Assembly (NCBI GenBank): GCA_014896315.1
Contig: JADBKP010000001.1
Span: 201,557 to 265,556, forward strand
Direction: 5' to 3'
From: Limnochordales bacterium
GTDB lineage: Bacteria; Bacillota; Limnochordia; Limnochordales; DUMU01
DNA: 64,000 bases
Position numbers and translations under genes: made by a program. Below are positions 35,754 to 46,318 of the stretch, piece after piece (positions within the stretch are counted from its first letter, which is position 1; every line of letters begins with the position of its first letter). Under the pieces are notes generated by a model. It was not told the origin of the DNA. It did no database searches and was given only the letters and a program-made list of their open reading frames with translations.

Positions 35754-36054
35754 GGAAAGGGACTGGACAAATCGGCCTTATCGCGGCAACGTTGTTGACT
35801 AGACTGACTGATGTGGATTGCGTTATCTGACTGGATCACGCGTATCCGTGTGTATAAGCCATCTTTACCACGGCGCATTGTAAACATTTGACCTTCGCCT
35901 CACAGTTGAACTGCTAGTCTCGCGTGGGTTATTCCTAGGTTTTCCGTTCATGGCAATCAGCAATTACATGAGGATTCAAACCACGAGCAAAACGAATGTG
36001 CGAGTGGATGTTTCCGAGATTATCGGAGCGCACAGCATGTTCGCGGCGACGCAG

Positions 36055-37803
36055 CTACGTGCGTTGCACGCGTGAAACCTTGTGCCAAGCACGCAAAGCA
36101 GCGTCTTCAACAAGCTTCAGTTCCCCGATCCTCAAGACCTTGGACACCAAGGCGTACGATGTCACGCCCATTCCCACAGAGCTCAGCAACCGAACGCCCT
36201 GCAGTGCGATACTATCGCCTGGAAGCTCCACTTCCATGACCGAATTGACAAGCCACATCGTGCTGCCCATCGCACTCGACGCCACTAGGATACGCCACAA
36301 AGGTACTAGGATGGCTTTCCAACTGAAAGCAACCCTGTTACGCGAGTCTGCGCCGTATGTGATTCGATTCCTGACAAACCAAAGCCCCCTGCTCGCCCCT
36401 ACAGGCGGGCCGGCCACGGCGTACTGCTCTGGCTCGCTGGTTGGTTTGGCTAAATTTGACATTGAATTCGTAACCGCAATTGTCTCGTTACCGACTATCG
36501 CACGAATCCGTGGGCGCAGGATCAGTAGTAGAGCTACGGCGCCAAAGAGTCCTGACAATGAGGCGGATAGCGCTAAGCCTGCATGCAGCAACGGTCCGAC
36601 CAGGGCAAAATTCAGAACGATGTTTACCGCTACGCTTATTATATTAATCACCGTGGGCACGGTAGTCTCCTGCAACGCGAAGAAGGCCCTAGTAATCATC
36701 TCCCGTATAGCGAGTACCCCCCCGCCTAGGCTATAAAAGAGTAGTGCCCATGCTGTTGCCTGTGTCGCCTCTGAATCAAAGGCACCCCGCTCGAAGACAA
36801 ACCTTACTAAGGGTACCCGTAGGACAGCCATCCCGACAGCCACAGGTACGAGGACAAAATTGATCATATTGACAGCTCTCACAAAACCTGTACTGAACCT
36901 TGCCCAGTCTCGATCTGCAGCCATAGCCGCCAGGGCAGGATACACCACGGTTACAATCGCCAGGCCCAGCACCCCCGGGACTAGCGCCATCAATCTATAA
37001 GCGTAGTTTAGCGCGGCCATGCTCCCCTCCGGCAAGCGCGAGGCCAAGCTCCTCTCTACGAAGCCGTTCAATTGAGCAGCACCGGTAGCTACTAACGTGG
37101 GGATTGTCAGAATTGCTACACGCCTCAGCCAAGGGTCGCGCAGATTGAGAACCGGCCTCCAGCGGTACCCTGCCCTGTATAGGGCTGGCAAGTGCAGTAC
37201 TACCTGCGTGGCAAACGCGATAACGGTCCCCACAGCTACGGCCACGATGCCGTACCTGGGTCCGAAAGTTACGATCGATATGATAAGTACGACATTGACC
37301 GCCGCAGACGCCAGCACAGGCACGGTAAACTCTCCGATCGCCTGCAACATTCCTGTTAACAGACCCGAGAGAGTCTGAAACACTGCCATTGGAAACATTA
37401 TCCTAGCCATGTCTACAGCGAGGTCAAAGATAGGACCCTGGAACCCCGGTGCCGCTAGACGGATAAGGAATCCGGTCGACACCTCTCCAGCGGTCACTAG
37501 TATTAAGCCGACCAAAACCGCCGCGTTGATCACGGAGTTAGCCATGTCAAAAGCGCTACCAATTCCGCGCTCCCGTCGAACCTGGGAGAACACAGGAATA
37601 AAGATTGTACCAACAGCGGAACCAACAGACGTAATAAACAGGTTCGGAATTGTCTCTCCTACCAAATAGGCGTCAACAAACCCCGTGGCACCGAATATCC
37701 CTGCCAGTGATGCCTCACGAGCCAGACCAAGAAACTTACTAACGATGGAAACCACGGTAATCGTTACCGCGGCTTTCAATAACCTTTCTCCCGGTTCCAA
37801 CAA
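36055..37803 (-). CDS. MurJ/MviN-family lipid-linked oligosaccharide flippase
   Basis: 582 aa and polytopic. The N-terminus 'SKFLGLAREASLAGIFGATGFVDAYLVGETIPNLF' is the MurJ signature. It is ~50-70 aa longer than typical at the C-terminus. Confidence 0.8.
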   Translation of the reverse strand: MLEPGERLLKAAVTITVVSIVSKFLGLAREASLAGIFGATGFVDAYLVGETIPNLFITSVGSAVGTIFIPVFSQVRRERGIGSAFDMANSVINAAVLVGLILVTAGEVSTGFLIRLAAPGFQGPIFDLAVDMARIMFPMAVFQTLSGLLTGMLQAIGEFTVPVLASAAVNVVLIISIVTFGPRYGIVAVAVGTVIAFATQVVLHLPALYRAGYRWRPVLNLRDPWLRRVAILTIPTLVATGAAQLNGFVERSLASRLPEGSMAALNYAYRLMALVPGVLGLAIVTVVYPALAAMAADRDWARFSTGFVRAVNMINFVLVPVAVGMAVLRVPLVRFVFERGAFDSEATQATAWALLFYSLGGGVLAIREMITRAFFALQETTVPTVINIISVAVNIVLNFALVGPLLHAGLALSASLSGLFGAVALLLILRPRIRAIVGNETIAVTNSMSNLAKPTSEPEQYAVAGPPVGASRGLWFVRNRITYGADSRNRVAFSWKAILVPLWRILVASSAMGSTMWLVNSVMEVELPGDSIALQGVRLLSSVGMGVTSYALVSKVLRIGELKLVEDAALRAWHKVSRVQRT

Positions 37804-38448
37804 GATACCTCCACAAGGTACATACTACTCTGCCCTTACCAACACGTCCCAACGCACTTTGGCTACAACCACTGCCCTTGCGGCAGGCTCCGGACCACAT
37901 AATCCAAGAGCTCTCGCGCCACCGTCTGATTCTACCTTTTGTCCCCACCGCGGTCCCGGTCGTCGAGCCCCACGTCCATCTCGATCCTAACGATTACCGA
38001 GTGTTCACCCGATTTTGCCTGATGCATCACCAGGACGCCAAACCGAGAAGCAGTCCGAAAGCCCGCTTGCCAACTGGCTGTTGAGCATGCTACCCAGACG
38101 GCCGCTAATCTGGCAGGGCGAAATCCGTTAGTAAGAACTTCTTTCGCCGTGTCAAGGTTGGTATCACCCCCTCGGGTTGATACGCCATTGAGCCCCATGC
38201 GTATCTCGGCTTCGATAAGACCGTCCTTGGTCTACGCCCAATCATGGATGTCAGGCGCGATGGCTTGGCCGTCGATACTGCGTACCCGCGGCGGGTAATG
38301 CTACCCCGTCGTGCGGGTCAAGGAACCCATGCTTGCTCGACCCGTTACCTCCAGGTGCCCATGACCACACTCGCTCACTGAGTTTCCTCCATGAGTCGGC
38401 GCAGTATTATGATCCTTCGGTCGGCCAAGGAGCGATCAAGGCTGCTCT

Positions 38449-39621
38449 TTACGAACTTCCCGCGCCCACGAGCCCCCCGTATATCGCTGCATACTCCGCA
38501 ACCACACGCCCTATATCGAATCTCTGAACCCTGTTACGGGCAGCTAAGCCCATCTGATAACGCAACGACGTATTACGCGCCAAGGCGATCAAGCGCTCGG
38601 CCATTTCAAACTTGTCATCAACCAAAAAACCAGTTTCCCCGTCCTCTACTACCTCTGGGATCCCACCAACCCGCGTCGCAACGACTGGCAATCCGGCAGC
38701 CATAGCTTCAACAATCGATAAGGAAAATGCCTCCGATGTCGATCCCAACGCGAAAACATCTGCGCTAGTCAGCATGGCACCTACATCTTGTCTCTTCCCT
38801 AGGAAGTGCACGCAGCCTTCCAATCCCAGTTGCCTCACCCTTTCCTCGATAGCACCCCGCATGGGGCCGTCACCAATCAGGAGCAGGTGTGCACGCACCG
38901 AACAGCGTACCTGACAAAATGACTCAATTAGAAGGCGATGATTCTTCCACGGGGCAAAGTTGGCTACGCATACGATAACGAAAGTGTCTTCAGATATTCC
39001 CAACTTGTTCCGTAGCTCGCTCCGCAGACTGCTTTGGTATCGAGAGAGATCAATTCCATTATACACAACTTTTACCTGTGGCACCTTGAATACTTCCCGT
39101 GCAGCGTCAGCTACATACTTACTACAGCCAACCAGCTCTGTCCGAAGGAGTCTGGCGAATACGGCATCAGTAACTCTCGACAGCGTTGTCGATACCACTC
39201 GCGGGTCCCCATGAATTGTATACACGTTTCTGCCGCGGTATCGTCTCAGGGAAGGCACGGCTGCGTACCTTGGAATTCCACGGTGAAAGTGGAGAACATG
39301 CGGCCGAAAGCTGCCCACGATTTGCCAGAACCTCCGTACTAAGCGCAGGTCATCGAACCTTCGGGATTTATTGAGAGAGTATATCGGTATCTGTTCAACA
39401 TTCAGTTCGCGTTCCAGCGAGGTGTTACCCCGCGAGTAAATCACACACACTGCCGAATTAAAGAAAGGTCTACCATGAATACACAAATCGGTTACAAGGC
39501 GCTCCGCACCGCCGCTATTAAGGTCAGGGATTACATGCAACACCCGTATAGGGTATTTAACTTCTACGTTAGAAACACCAAAGACAGTTGGCTTTGCACT
39601 ATTCACTCCGCTTACACGCAT
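38449..39621 (-). CDS. GT4-family glycosyltransferase
   Basis: 'IRVLHVIPDLNSGGAERLV' and 'SEAFSLSIVEAMAAGLPVVATRVGGIPEVV'. Confidence 0.85.
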   Translation of the reverse strand: MRVSGVNSAKPTVFGVSNVEVKYPIRVLHVIPDLNSGGAERLVTDLCIHGRPFFNSAVCVIYSRGNTSLERELNVEQIPIYSLNKSRRFDDLRLVRRFWQIVGSFRPHVLHFHRGIPRYAAVPSLRRYRGRNVYTIHGDPRVVSTTLSRVTDAVFARLLRTELVGCSKYVADAAREVFKVPQVKVVYNGIDLSRYQSSLRSELRNKLGISEDTFVIVCVANFAPWKNHRLLIESFCQVRCSVRAHLLLIGDGPMRGAIEERVRQLGLEGCVHFLGKRQDVGAMLTSADVFALGSTSEAFSLSIVEAMAAGLPVVATRVGGIPEVVEDGETGFLVDDKFEMAERLIALARNTSLRYQMGLAARNRVQRFDIGRVVAEYAAIYGGLVGAGSS

Positions 39622-39887
39622 GTCGTTAAGATCTCGCCCTTTCGGCCTACCGCGGCTCTAGACGTGTCATGCTGTTTCAAAATACGCCACTGCTAGCGAA
39701 TCTCTCGCCTCTCACTTGCTCCCTGCTGCATCTTGATCAAGTGTTGATATTTACACCCTAGGAGACCGCCCGAGAAATAAGCTTTGCAACGCACTTACTA
39801 CTATACCGGGTCTTGTAACAGGATACGTTGCCATGTAGTGATAATAGATGAGACCGTGACAGACTAATTCTTGGACGGCCTCCTAGT

Positions 39888-40865
39888 CTATCTCGCCTCC
39901 TGATGTACCTCTGCAGCAAGTCGCCTCAAATACAAGTATGCTCCGGTCACAACTCCTTCGATTGGGTCGAGCGACCAAGCCCTGATGCTGGCACCTATCG
40001 CCAGTAATACTATACCCAGGCAATGCCAGCATACGGCCGCTCTGGCTAAGAGACGGCTTAAAGGCCGCGTCCTATAACACAGAACGTACCGACGCCAGAA
40101 TATCAGGTGGTTATGGATCAGTGCCTCATAGGCCCATTTTCGCCGGCGCTGATCAAGACGCGTGGTTCCACCAAGATGCACAATCTCTCCAGCATTTACC
40201 ATGACGACCCGTGCGCCCCGCTGCTTTTGGCCAAAAATAAAGGCCGAATCCTCGCGGAGCGAATATGGATTCCAGCCATGTTCCAAACAGTAATCTCCAA
40301 CAAACCCTATCGTCATCGCCCAGTCTCTATTCAAAAGTACGGCCGCCCCCATCCCGCCATCAGTCTCACACACCGCACCCAGCGGCATGGGCTGCTTCGG
40401 ATATCGGAAACCACCGCTGGCCAAGTATCCTATCCCGTGTTGGCGGCTTGGGACCGCGATTAGGAACAGCGCGCTGAACCATTTTCTTACCAAGCCCCTC
40501 GGATAGCCATCAGAGACATACGGGACCACGCATTGTGCGCCGTATCTCATTGCAACGTTAACAACTGTTTCTATAAACGTTTCCGGCAAGACAATATCAT
40601 CGTCCATCAATAGGATGTATTCTGTTGAGCTCTGGATTATACATTCAGCGCGCTGTGATATCATTCCACGCTGTGCCTTCACAAACCGAACAGGAAATCC
40701 CATGCCACTCGGCAGACCCCAATTTTCAACATCGAGGTCTTTGGGAACAGACAGAATAATCTCATGCGGCGGTAAGGTTTGACGCATGAGGGCTGACAAA
40801 GTTTGTAGAAGGCGCGGATTAGGCCCCACCGTCCTAATTCCTACCGTAACTCGCGCACAACTCAA
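39888..40865 (-). CDS. GT2-family glycosyltransferase with C-terminal membrane segment
   Basis: 'VTVGIRTVGPNPRLLQTLSALMRQT', 'ILLMDDDIVLP', and a hydrophobic C-terminus 'AAVCWHCLGIVLLAIGA'. Confidence 0.75.
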   Translation of the reverse strand: MSCARVTVGIRTVGPNPRLLQTLSALMRQTLPPHEIILSVPKDLDVENWGLPSGMGFPVRFVKAQRGMISQRAECIIQSSTEYILLMDDDIVLPETFIETVVNVAMRYGAQCVVPYVSDGYPRGLVRKWFSALFLIAVPSRQHGIGYLASGGFRYPKQPMPLGAVCETDGGMGAAVLLNRDWAMTIGFVGDYCLEHGWNPYSLREDSAFIFGQKQRGARVVMVNAGEIVHLGGTTRLDQRRRKWAYEALIHNHLIFWRRYVLCYRTRPLSRLLARAAVCWHCLGIVLLAIGASIRAWSLDPIEGVVTGAYLYLRRLAAEVHQEAR

Positions 40866-41663
40866 CTCTTGCCACTCACCCTTTCAATCATCCTACACAC
40901 CCAGCGCTGCTCTTTACACAATTCTGCCCTGCTGGTATCGTGAGGCAGTGGAGATGCACCTCCTCACTAATCTACTTACCGGTGCATACTTCGATAACGT
41001 ATTTTACCCTCTCGAGGTCCGAAGAACCCGCCAGGTTACTTGTTCCACCTGGCCAACAATCGAAGGAACCACAGTCGCGCGCTTCATGCCGACCGGGCCG
41101 CCAGGTTCTTGGTAGCCCTCTTCGCAGAACACAACCCCTGAATCACTGCGCCGTAAATCCGTCTTCCTCGACTCACCCGCAGCAGGCGTTTCCGGACCGA
41201 GGCCTGGTTGGTCTCATCGGGAAATGTATCATCCAGGTTAGCCCTGGAAAGAACCGAAACCTCAGACCGCTCCAGACATCCATATCGGGGAACCTTTCAC
41301 GTAGTCTCGACATTGAGTGCTACGACTTCGTGGGCAGCACAACCGCCAGGAATGGCGATGGACCCGGTGGGACTTGAGCCCGGAGAACTCGGCTTCCACA
41401 GTAAGCAAGAGAAACCATGAGTGCTGTACGCCCATCGGTCACCGTGAGGGCGTCGGCGTGTCGCCACTAACGAGCTCGTGGCCACCCAAATGAGCGATCC
41501 TTTAACATCCTAACTTAACTGTCGCGCACCGGATTGATCACCTAACGACCCAATGTCTCGTAGTCACGTTGTGCCGAACTCCACATTACAGCCGACCCAA
41601 CCCCTGACCTATACATCTACACACCGACAACTCCCAAAGCATCAACAGACCCCCGACATCCAT

Positions 41664-42875
41664 TTATTGTGCCTGTGTTCTTGCCGCCGCCAACATTTGT
41701 ATCAGCCAAAAATATTTATAGTTAAGTGTACCTAGCGTAGCGCTAACCACTATCAACGCAACCATGGCAGCGGCAACAGCTTGGTAAAACTCCGAATTGC
41801 GCCCCAACTTCCTTGCTCGTGCGTAGTGCGTCGCAAGCACACTTCCCAACAACAGCAGCCCTACTATACCCAATTCACTCAGCGACTGTAAGTAGATACT
41901 GTGCGGCACCGTGCCTAACACCCCAGCCCAAGGAACCATCCCTGGAGCCGGTCTGCCAAAACTACCGAATCCCCATCCTATCAGCGGTCGCTCAAGAAAT
42001 GCTGCGAATGCCACGCGCCACAGACCTAATCTGCCAGAGCCTCCGGAGTTCAGAACTCCTTGCACACTGAACCGATCCTTCAACTCGGATGGTACAGCGA
42101 TCGTCACCACGATAAGCGTTAAGATCAGAATTCCCGCCACATATATCGACCTCTTCGAAGATAACCCCTTTGACAAAACCAAATGTGCGACGGCTAAAAT
42201 GGACGCTAATACAGCTCCTCTCGAGCCGCTCAAGACGATAGCTAGTGCTACAATAGCAGCAAATATTGCACGGACAATCCGGCGAAGACCCCCGTCCTGT
42301 TTGCCAAGCAAGAAAACAAGGGGAAGTACCAAGCTTGCCGCAAAATGGTTAGGATCAGCGCGCCGGTTCTCACCCAAGACCAAGGTGCTTCGATGGGACG
42401 AGAGATACGAATATCCTTGAAAATACATGACGATTGATATAGCGCTTGCGACAACTCCTCCGAACACAATACCCCTACTTATTTTCGCGACAGTCTTTCT
42501 GTCCCAAGGAAGACGCAGTATTACAAGGTACATAAAAAACAGCAGAAGTGTACTTGTCAAAGTTGCCACTGCAGACGGGTATACAGACCACAATGCAGAG
42601 CTCAGGGCGAAAACCAGAAAGAACACCCAAGAAATCTCGCACGCAGAGAGCCGCAGAAACATGCCGCGCCCCCTCACTAGCATGTCTGCTACTGCTGCAG
42701 CAGCAACCACGGCGCCCACGTATTTGGTTAGCGACCCAGCTCCTCCTATCCCTAGAACACTGTCAAACGGTATTAGTGCTGCCCAAATTGCCAATAGGGT
42801 GCCCGGCAACCGCCCCATCGAGCAGAGATTCCTCGCGTGTTTGTTTACATTGTCGTGCATACTATTGGCCAACAC
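41664..42875 (-). CDS. O-antigen ligase/polymerase (Wzy_C) family membrane protein
   Basis: 403 aa with about 10 hydrophobic segments. 'VLSGSRGAVLASILAV' is followed by a periplasmic-loop-like region. Confidence 0.75.
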   Translation of the reverse strand: MLANSMHDNVNKHARNLCSMGRLPGTLLAIWAALIPFDSVLGIGGAGSLTKYVGAVVAAAAVADMLVRGRGMFLRLSACEISWVFFLVFALSSALWSVYPSAVATLTSTLLLFFMYLVILRLPWDRKTVAKISRGIVFGGVVASAISIVMYFQGYSYLSSHRSTLVLGENRRADPNHFAASLVLPLVFLLGKQDGGLRRIVRAIFAAIVALAIVLSGSRGAVLASILAVAHLVLSKGLSSKRSIYVAGILILTLIVVTIAVPSELKDRFSVQGVLNSGGSGRLGLWRVAFAAFLERPLIGWGFGSFGRPAPGMVPWAGVLGTVPHSIYLQSLSELGIVGLLLLGSVLATHYARARKLGRNSEFYQAVAAAMVALIVVSATLGTLNYKYFWLIQMLAAARTQAQ

Positions 42876-43579
42876 CCCTAAAGAGACATATGTGCGTCAG
42901 CTTTTCTCAACAAACCGTTAACTTTTGCGTTTGTAAGCCCATTCCCACTATCTCTGTCGTGACATGGTGTGTACCCAGCTGGGCTGGTTTCTTAGGGCTG
43001 TCCGCAGAATCCTGCCAGGCAAAGCGCTTTCTGTTCATTTGGGGCAGACGGTAAGTGGGAGGACTCGTGTAGGGAGCAGGGCCGCAACTGCCCTGGGCCT
43101 TGGTGCAGGGAGGCAGCGGATTCTACCAGTTATAAAGCCATCTTGCAAGGGAAGAGGCCTGGTGCGAGGATCTTGTTCAAGAGTGTTTTGTGGACCCACT
43201 TCGTCTGCCCTTATCGTGGGGCTCAGGAGTATTGCCAAGCATCGCCGACGATCAGCGCAGCATTACAGGAAAGGAATTCCCCTCTGCAAAAGTCGTTTTG
43301 GGTTTTTTTCTGAAAGATCTCGACGCGTACGCATCCTTGTCGGGGGTATCCCATCCTCTTCGGCACAAGTATGTGCAATCGTACCTCGTGGATTCTGCCG
43401 GCGGAGACAATCGATCAAAGCAATTCTTCTAGTTATAGTTATTGGAACCATGTACGAGTCTTCAGACTGTTTCCAAGTAAGAACTGGTATTACCCGACTA
43501 CAACAAAGTGGTTGGGCATCTGCGGTATTGGCTCGCCTCCAGACCCAAGGGGTTACCACTGGACTTAACGGCTCTTTGG

Positions 43580-44737
43580 TCACTGTGAGCGTGAGTCTTT
43601 GATATCATGGCACCTATCACCGGGTTTGATACTTACTGCGCTCATCCCAGGAGCTGACATTTTTCCCTCGCTCCTGTTGCACTGGTAGATGCGAAGGACC
43701 AGATCAACCGCCTGTCGCCCGGCTTCAGCACTTACGGGTACCGGCTTGTCAAACCCTACGGCGTCAGCCATAGCCGCAAGCAACAGGCCGTGACCATTGC
43801 CGTACACACTGGCCGGATCAGGCTGCGAGGCCAACTCAGCCTCGACGTCCAAAGCGTGCCGGTCAGTTGCGTCGGCGAATTCCCAGCGTTCGATCCTATT
43901 CAAGGCAACGCCACCGATGGCAGCGCTGCCCCGTTCCCCAAAGATCGCCAGGGTCTCCTCCCAGTTCGCGGGAAAGACGTTGGTCGAGGCTTCGATCGTG
44001 CCCAGCGCGCCCGACTTAAACCGCACCACCGCCACAGCTACGTCCTCGGCCTCGATCCGATGAAACTGCGTGGCGGTAAAGGCAAAGACAGACTCAGGCT
44101 CTCCCATCATCCAGCGGAAGATGTCGATGGCGTGGATGGCCTGGTTCATGAGGACGCCACCGTCCAGAGCCCAGGTACCTCGCCACGGTGCTTGATCATA
44201 GTACTCCTGGCTGCGGTGCCACCGAACCGCTACCGCTGCATGCGAGATCTTGCCGAAACGACCGGCGTCCAACGCTTCCTTTAGCTTCACTACTGCAGGG
44301 TTGAACCGGTTCTGGTGGACAACACAAAGTTTGACCTTCTCCCGGTCACAGGTTTCGATCAGAGCGTCGATCTCCTCCAGAGTCAAACCAATCGGCTTCT
44401 CCACGACCACGTGCTTGCCGGCCCGGGCCACGTCTATCCCGTGACGCGGATGGTCACCGCTGGGGGTACAGATGCAAACCACATCTACGTCCTTCCGGTC
44501 AAGCAGGTAGCGGTAGTCAGTGTAAGGATCTGCACCGTAGCGCGAGGCAAACTCGTGCGCTCGCTCGGGGATAATGTCACAGACCGCCTTCAGCTCAACA
44601 CCGGGGATCCGGCGCAGAGCTTCAGCGTGGTACTTGGCCACCCGCCCGCAGCCAATGATGCCAAAGCGAATGGGTGGTAGCTCATGTGCCGAAGTTCTTC
44701 CGTTGGTCACGGCGTCATCTCTATTGCTTACTGGCAT
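43580..44737 (-). CDS. Gfo/Idh/MocA oxidoreductase (WbpB-like UDP-GlcNAcA 3-dehydrogenase candidate)
   Basis: The Rossmann motif 'IRFGIIGCGRVAKYHAEAL' and 'VVVEKP', plus operon context with the dehydrogenase, aminotransferase and acetyltransferase genes. Confidence 0.75.
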   Translation of the reverse strand: MPVSNRDDAVTNGRTSAHELPPIRFGIIGCGRVAKYHAEALRRIPGVELKAVCDIIPERAHEFASRYGADPYTDYRYLLDRKDVDVVCICTPSGDHPRHGIDVARAGKHVVVEKPIGLTLEEIDALIETCDREKVKLCVVHQNRFNPAVVKLKEALDAGRFGKISHAAVAVRWHRSQEYYDQAPWRGTWALDGGVLMNQAIHAIDIFRWMMGEPESVFAFTATQFHRIEAEDVAVAVVRFKSGALGTIEASTNVFPANWEETLAIFGERGSAAIGGVALNRIERWEFADATDRHALDVEAELASQPDPASVYGNGHGLLLAAMADAVGFDKPVPVSAEAGRQAVDLVLRIYQCNRSEGKMSAPGMSAVSIKPGDRCHDIKDSRSQ

Positions 44738-44785
44738 AGCTCAGTCAGACTCCTTCTGGTATTGAGAAGCCCATTGCCGATGTCG

Positions 44786-46264
44786 CTACAGGTAAACCAC
44801 CTTGCCTCGTTGACCCTGGCTGATTCCAAGCCACCTGGTCACGCCACGAGTGTCCATCACGAGCTGAGCATGCTCCACAATCCAGGCGTAATCGATGCTC
44901 GAATGGTCGGTTAAGATCAGCACCGCATCCGCGCCCGCAACTGCCTCCTGCGTCAACTCAATGCTGGTCAACGGCTCGATAACGCCCTGCCGGCGATCCA
45001 CCGCCGGAATGAAAGGATCGTGGTACGATACCCGGCAGCCCTCTTTCTGCAACAAAGAAATGACTTTGATCGCCGGCGACTCCCGTTCATCCGGAAGATC
45101 TTTCTTGTACGCCACTCCGAGGGCCAGCACATGGGATCCTGTCAGCGGTTTGCCGCGACGTCCCAGAGCTCGGGTGAGCTTCTGAACCACGAAGTACGGC
45201 ATGGTAAGATTGATTTCGCCTGCAAGCTCGATGAAACGAGTGTGGTAGTCGTACTGCCGCGCCTTCCAGGTCAAGTAGAAAGGATCGATGGGGATGCAGT
45301 GACCGCCCACGCCGGGCCCCGGGTAGAACGGCTGGATCCCAAAGGGCTTAGTGAACGCCGCATCGAGCATCTCCCAGACGCTAATTCCCATCCGGTCGCA
45401 CAGAAGCGCCATCTCGTTCACCAGAGCGATGTTGACGGCCCGGTAAGTGTTTTCAAAAACCTTGGCCATCTCTGCCACCCGGGGTGAAGAGACCGGAATG
45501 ACCTTCAGAATGGTCTGGCTGTAGAAGGCATATGCCACCGTGAGGCAGGCCGGCGTGACTCCGCCCACCAGCTTGTTTGTGTTGTGGGTTGTGTACCGCT
45601 TATTACCCGGATCGACCCGCTCCGGGGAGAAGGCGAGGAAGAAATCTTCACCAACGGTAAGCCCGGAGGTCGCCAGCTTCGGCAGCACAACCTCCTCGGT
45701 TGTTCCGGGGTACGTGGTGCTTTCAAGCGAGACCAGCATTCCCGGATGAAGAAACTCGGCAATCCGATCGGAGACGTTCTCAATGTAGGAAATGTCGGGG
45801 TCATAGTTGGGCGTCAACGGCGTCGGGACACACATGACCGCTATGTCACAGTCGGCTAGGACCGAAAAGTCCGAGGTGGCTCGCAGCCGACCGGCTGCCA
45901 CGAGCGACTTGAGGTCGTCCGGCTTAACGTCCAGGATGTAGTTTTCGCCCCGGTTGATCTTAGCGACCCGGGCGGGATTCTGGTCAATGCAGATCGTGTC
46001 GAACCCTACTTTACCTTTCTCCACCGCCAGGGGCAGGCCCACGTAGCCTGCGCCGATGACCGCCACCCGAGCCGTCCGGGTGCGGATCTTGTGGAGCAGG
46101 TTGCGGCCCGCCGGCGTCAGCTCCGCCTCGGTCAAGAGCCGAGGCACGGCCCACGCCGTCGGCAGGTCGACCGTCGTCGGAGCTTCGCTTGCCAACGCGG
46201 CTGCAGCCATCTCACTTTTCGCCTGTTGACCCTCATCCCTTGCATCTTTGATGTCCATATTCAT
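44786..46264 (-). CDS. UDP-N-acetyl-hexosamine 6-dehydrogenase (WbpA/WecC-like nucleotide-sugar dehydrogenase)
   Basis: 'RVAVIGAGYVGLPLAVE' and 'GGHCIPIDP' (catalytic Cys). The ATG at 46264 follows GGAAGG by 8 nt. It has a ~60-aa N-terminal extension. Confidence 0.85.
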   Translation of the reverse strand: MNMDIKDARDEGQQAKSEMAAAALASEAPTTVDLPTAWAVPRLLTEAELTPAGRNLLHKIRTRTARVAVIGAGYVGLPLAVEKGKVGFDTICIDQNPARVAKINRGENYILDVKPDDLKSLVAAGRLRATSDFSVLADCDIAVMCVPTPLTPNYDPDISYIENVSDRIAEFLHPGMLVSLESTTYPGTTEEVVLPKLATSGLTVGEDFFLAFSPERVDPGNKRYTTHNTNKLVGGVTPACLTVAYAFYSQTILKVIPVSSPRVAEMAKVFENTYRAVNIALVNEMALLCDRMGISVWEMLDAAFTKPFGIQPFYPGPGVGGHCIPIDPFYLTWKARQYDYHTRFIELAGEINLTMPYFVVQKLTRALGRRGKPLTGSHVLALGVAYKKDLPDERESPAIKVISLLQKEGCRVSYHDPFIPAVDRRQGVIEPLTSIELTQEAVAGADAVLILTDHSSIDYAWIVEHAQLVMDTRGVTRWLGISQGQRGKVVYL

Positions 46265-46318
46265 CTGGCTTACCTTCCTTCTTCGCTGCGCTGCCCCGTA
46301 AGGGGCAGTTGCATTTTG

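Noticed and set aside
35996-36736. 246-aa plus-strand ORF
   Set aside because: It is antisense to the MurJ-family flippase gene and has no supporting motif.
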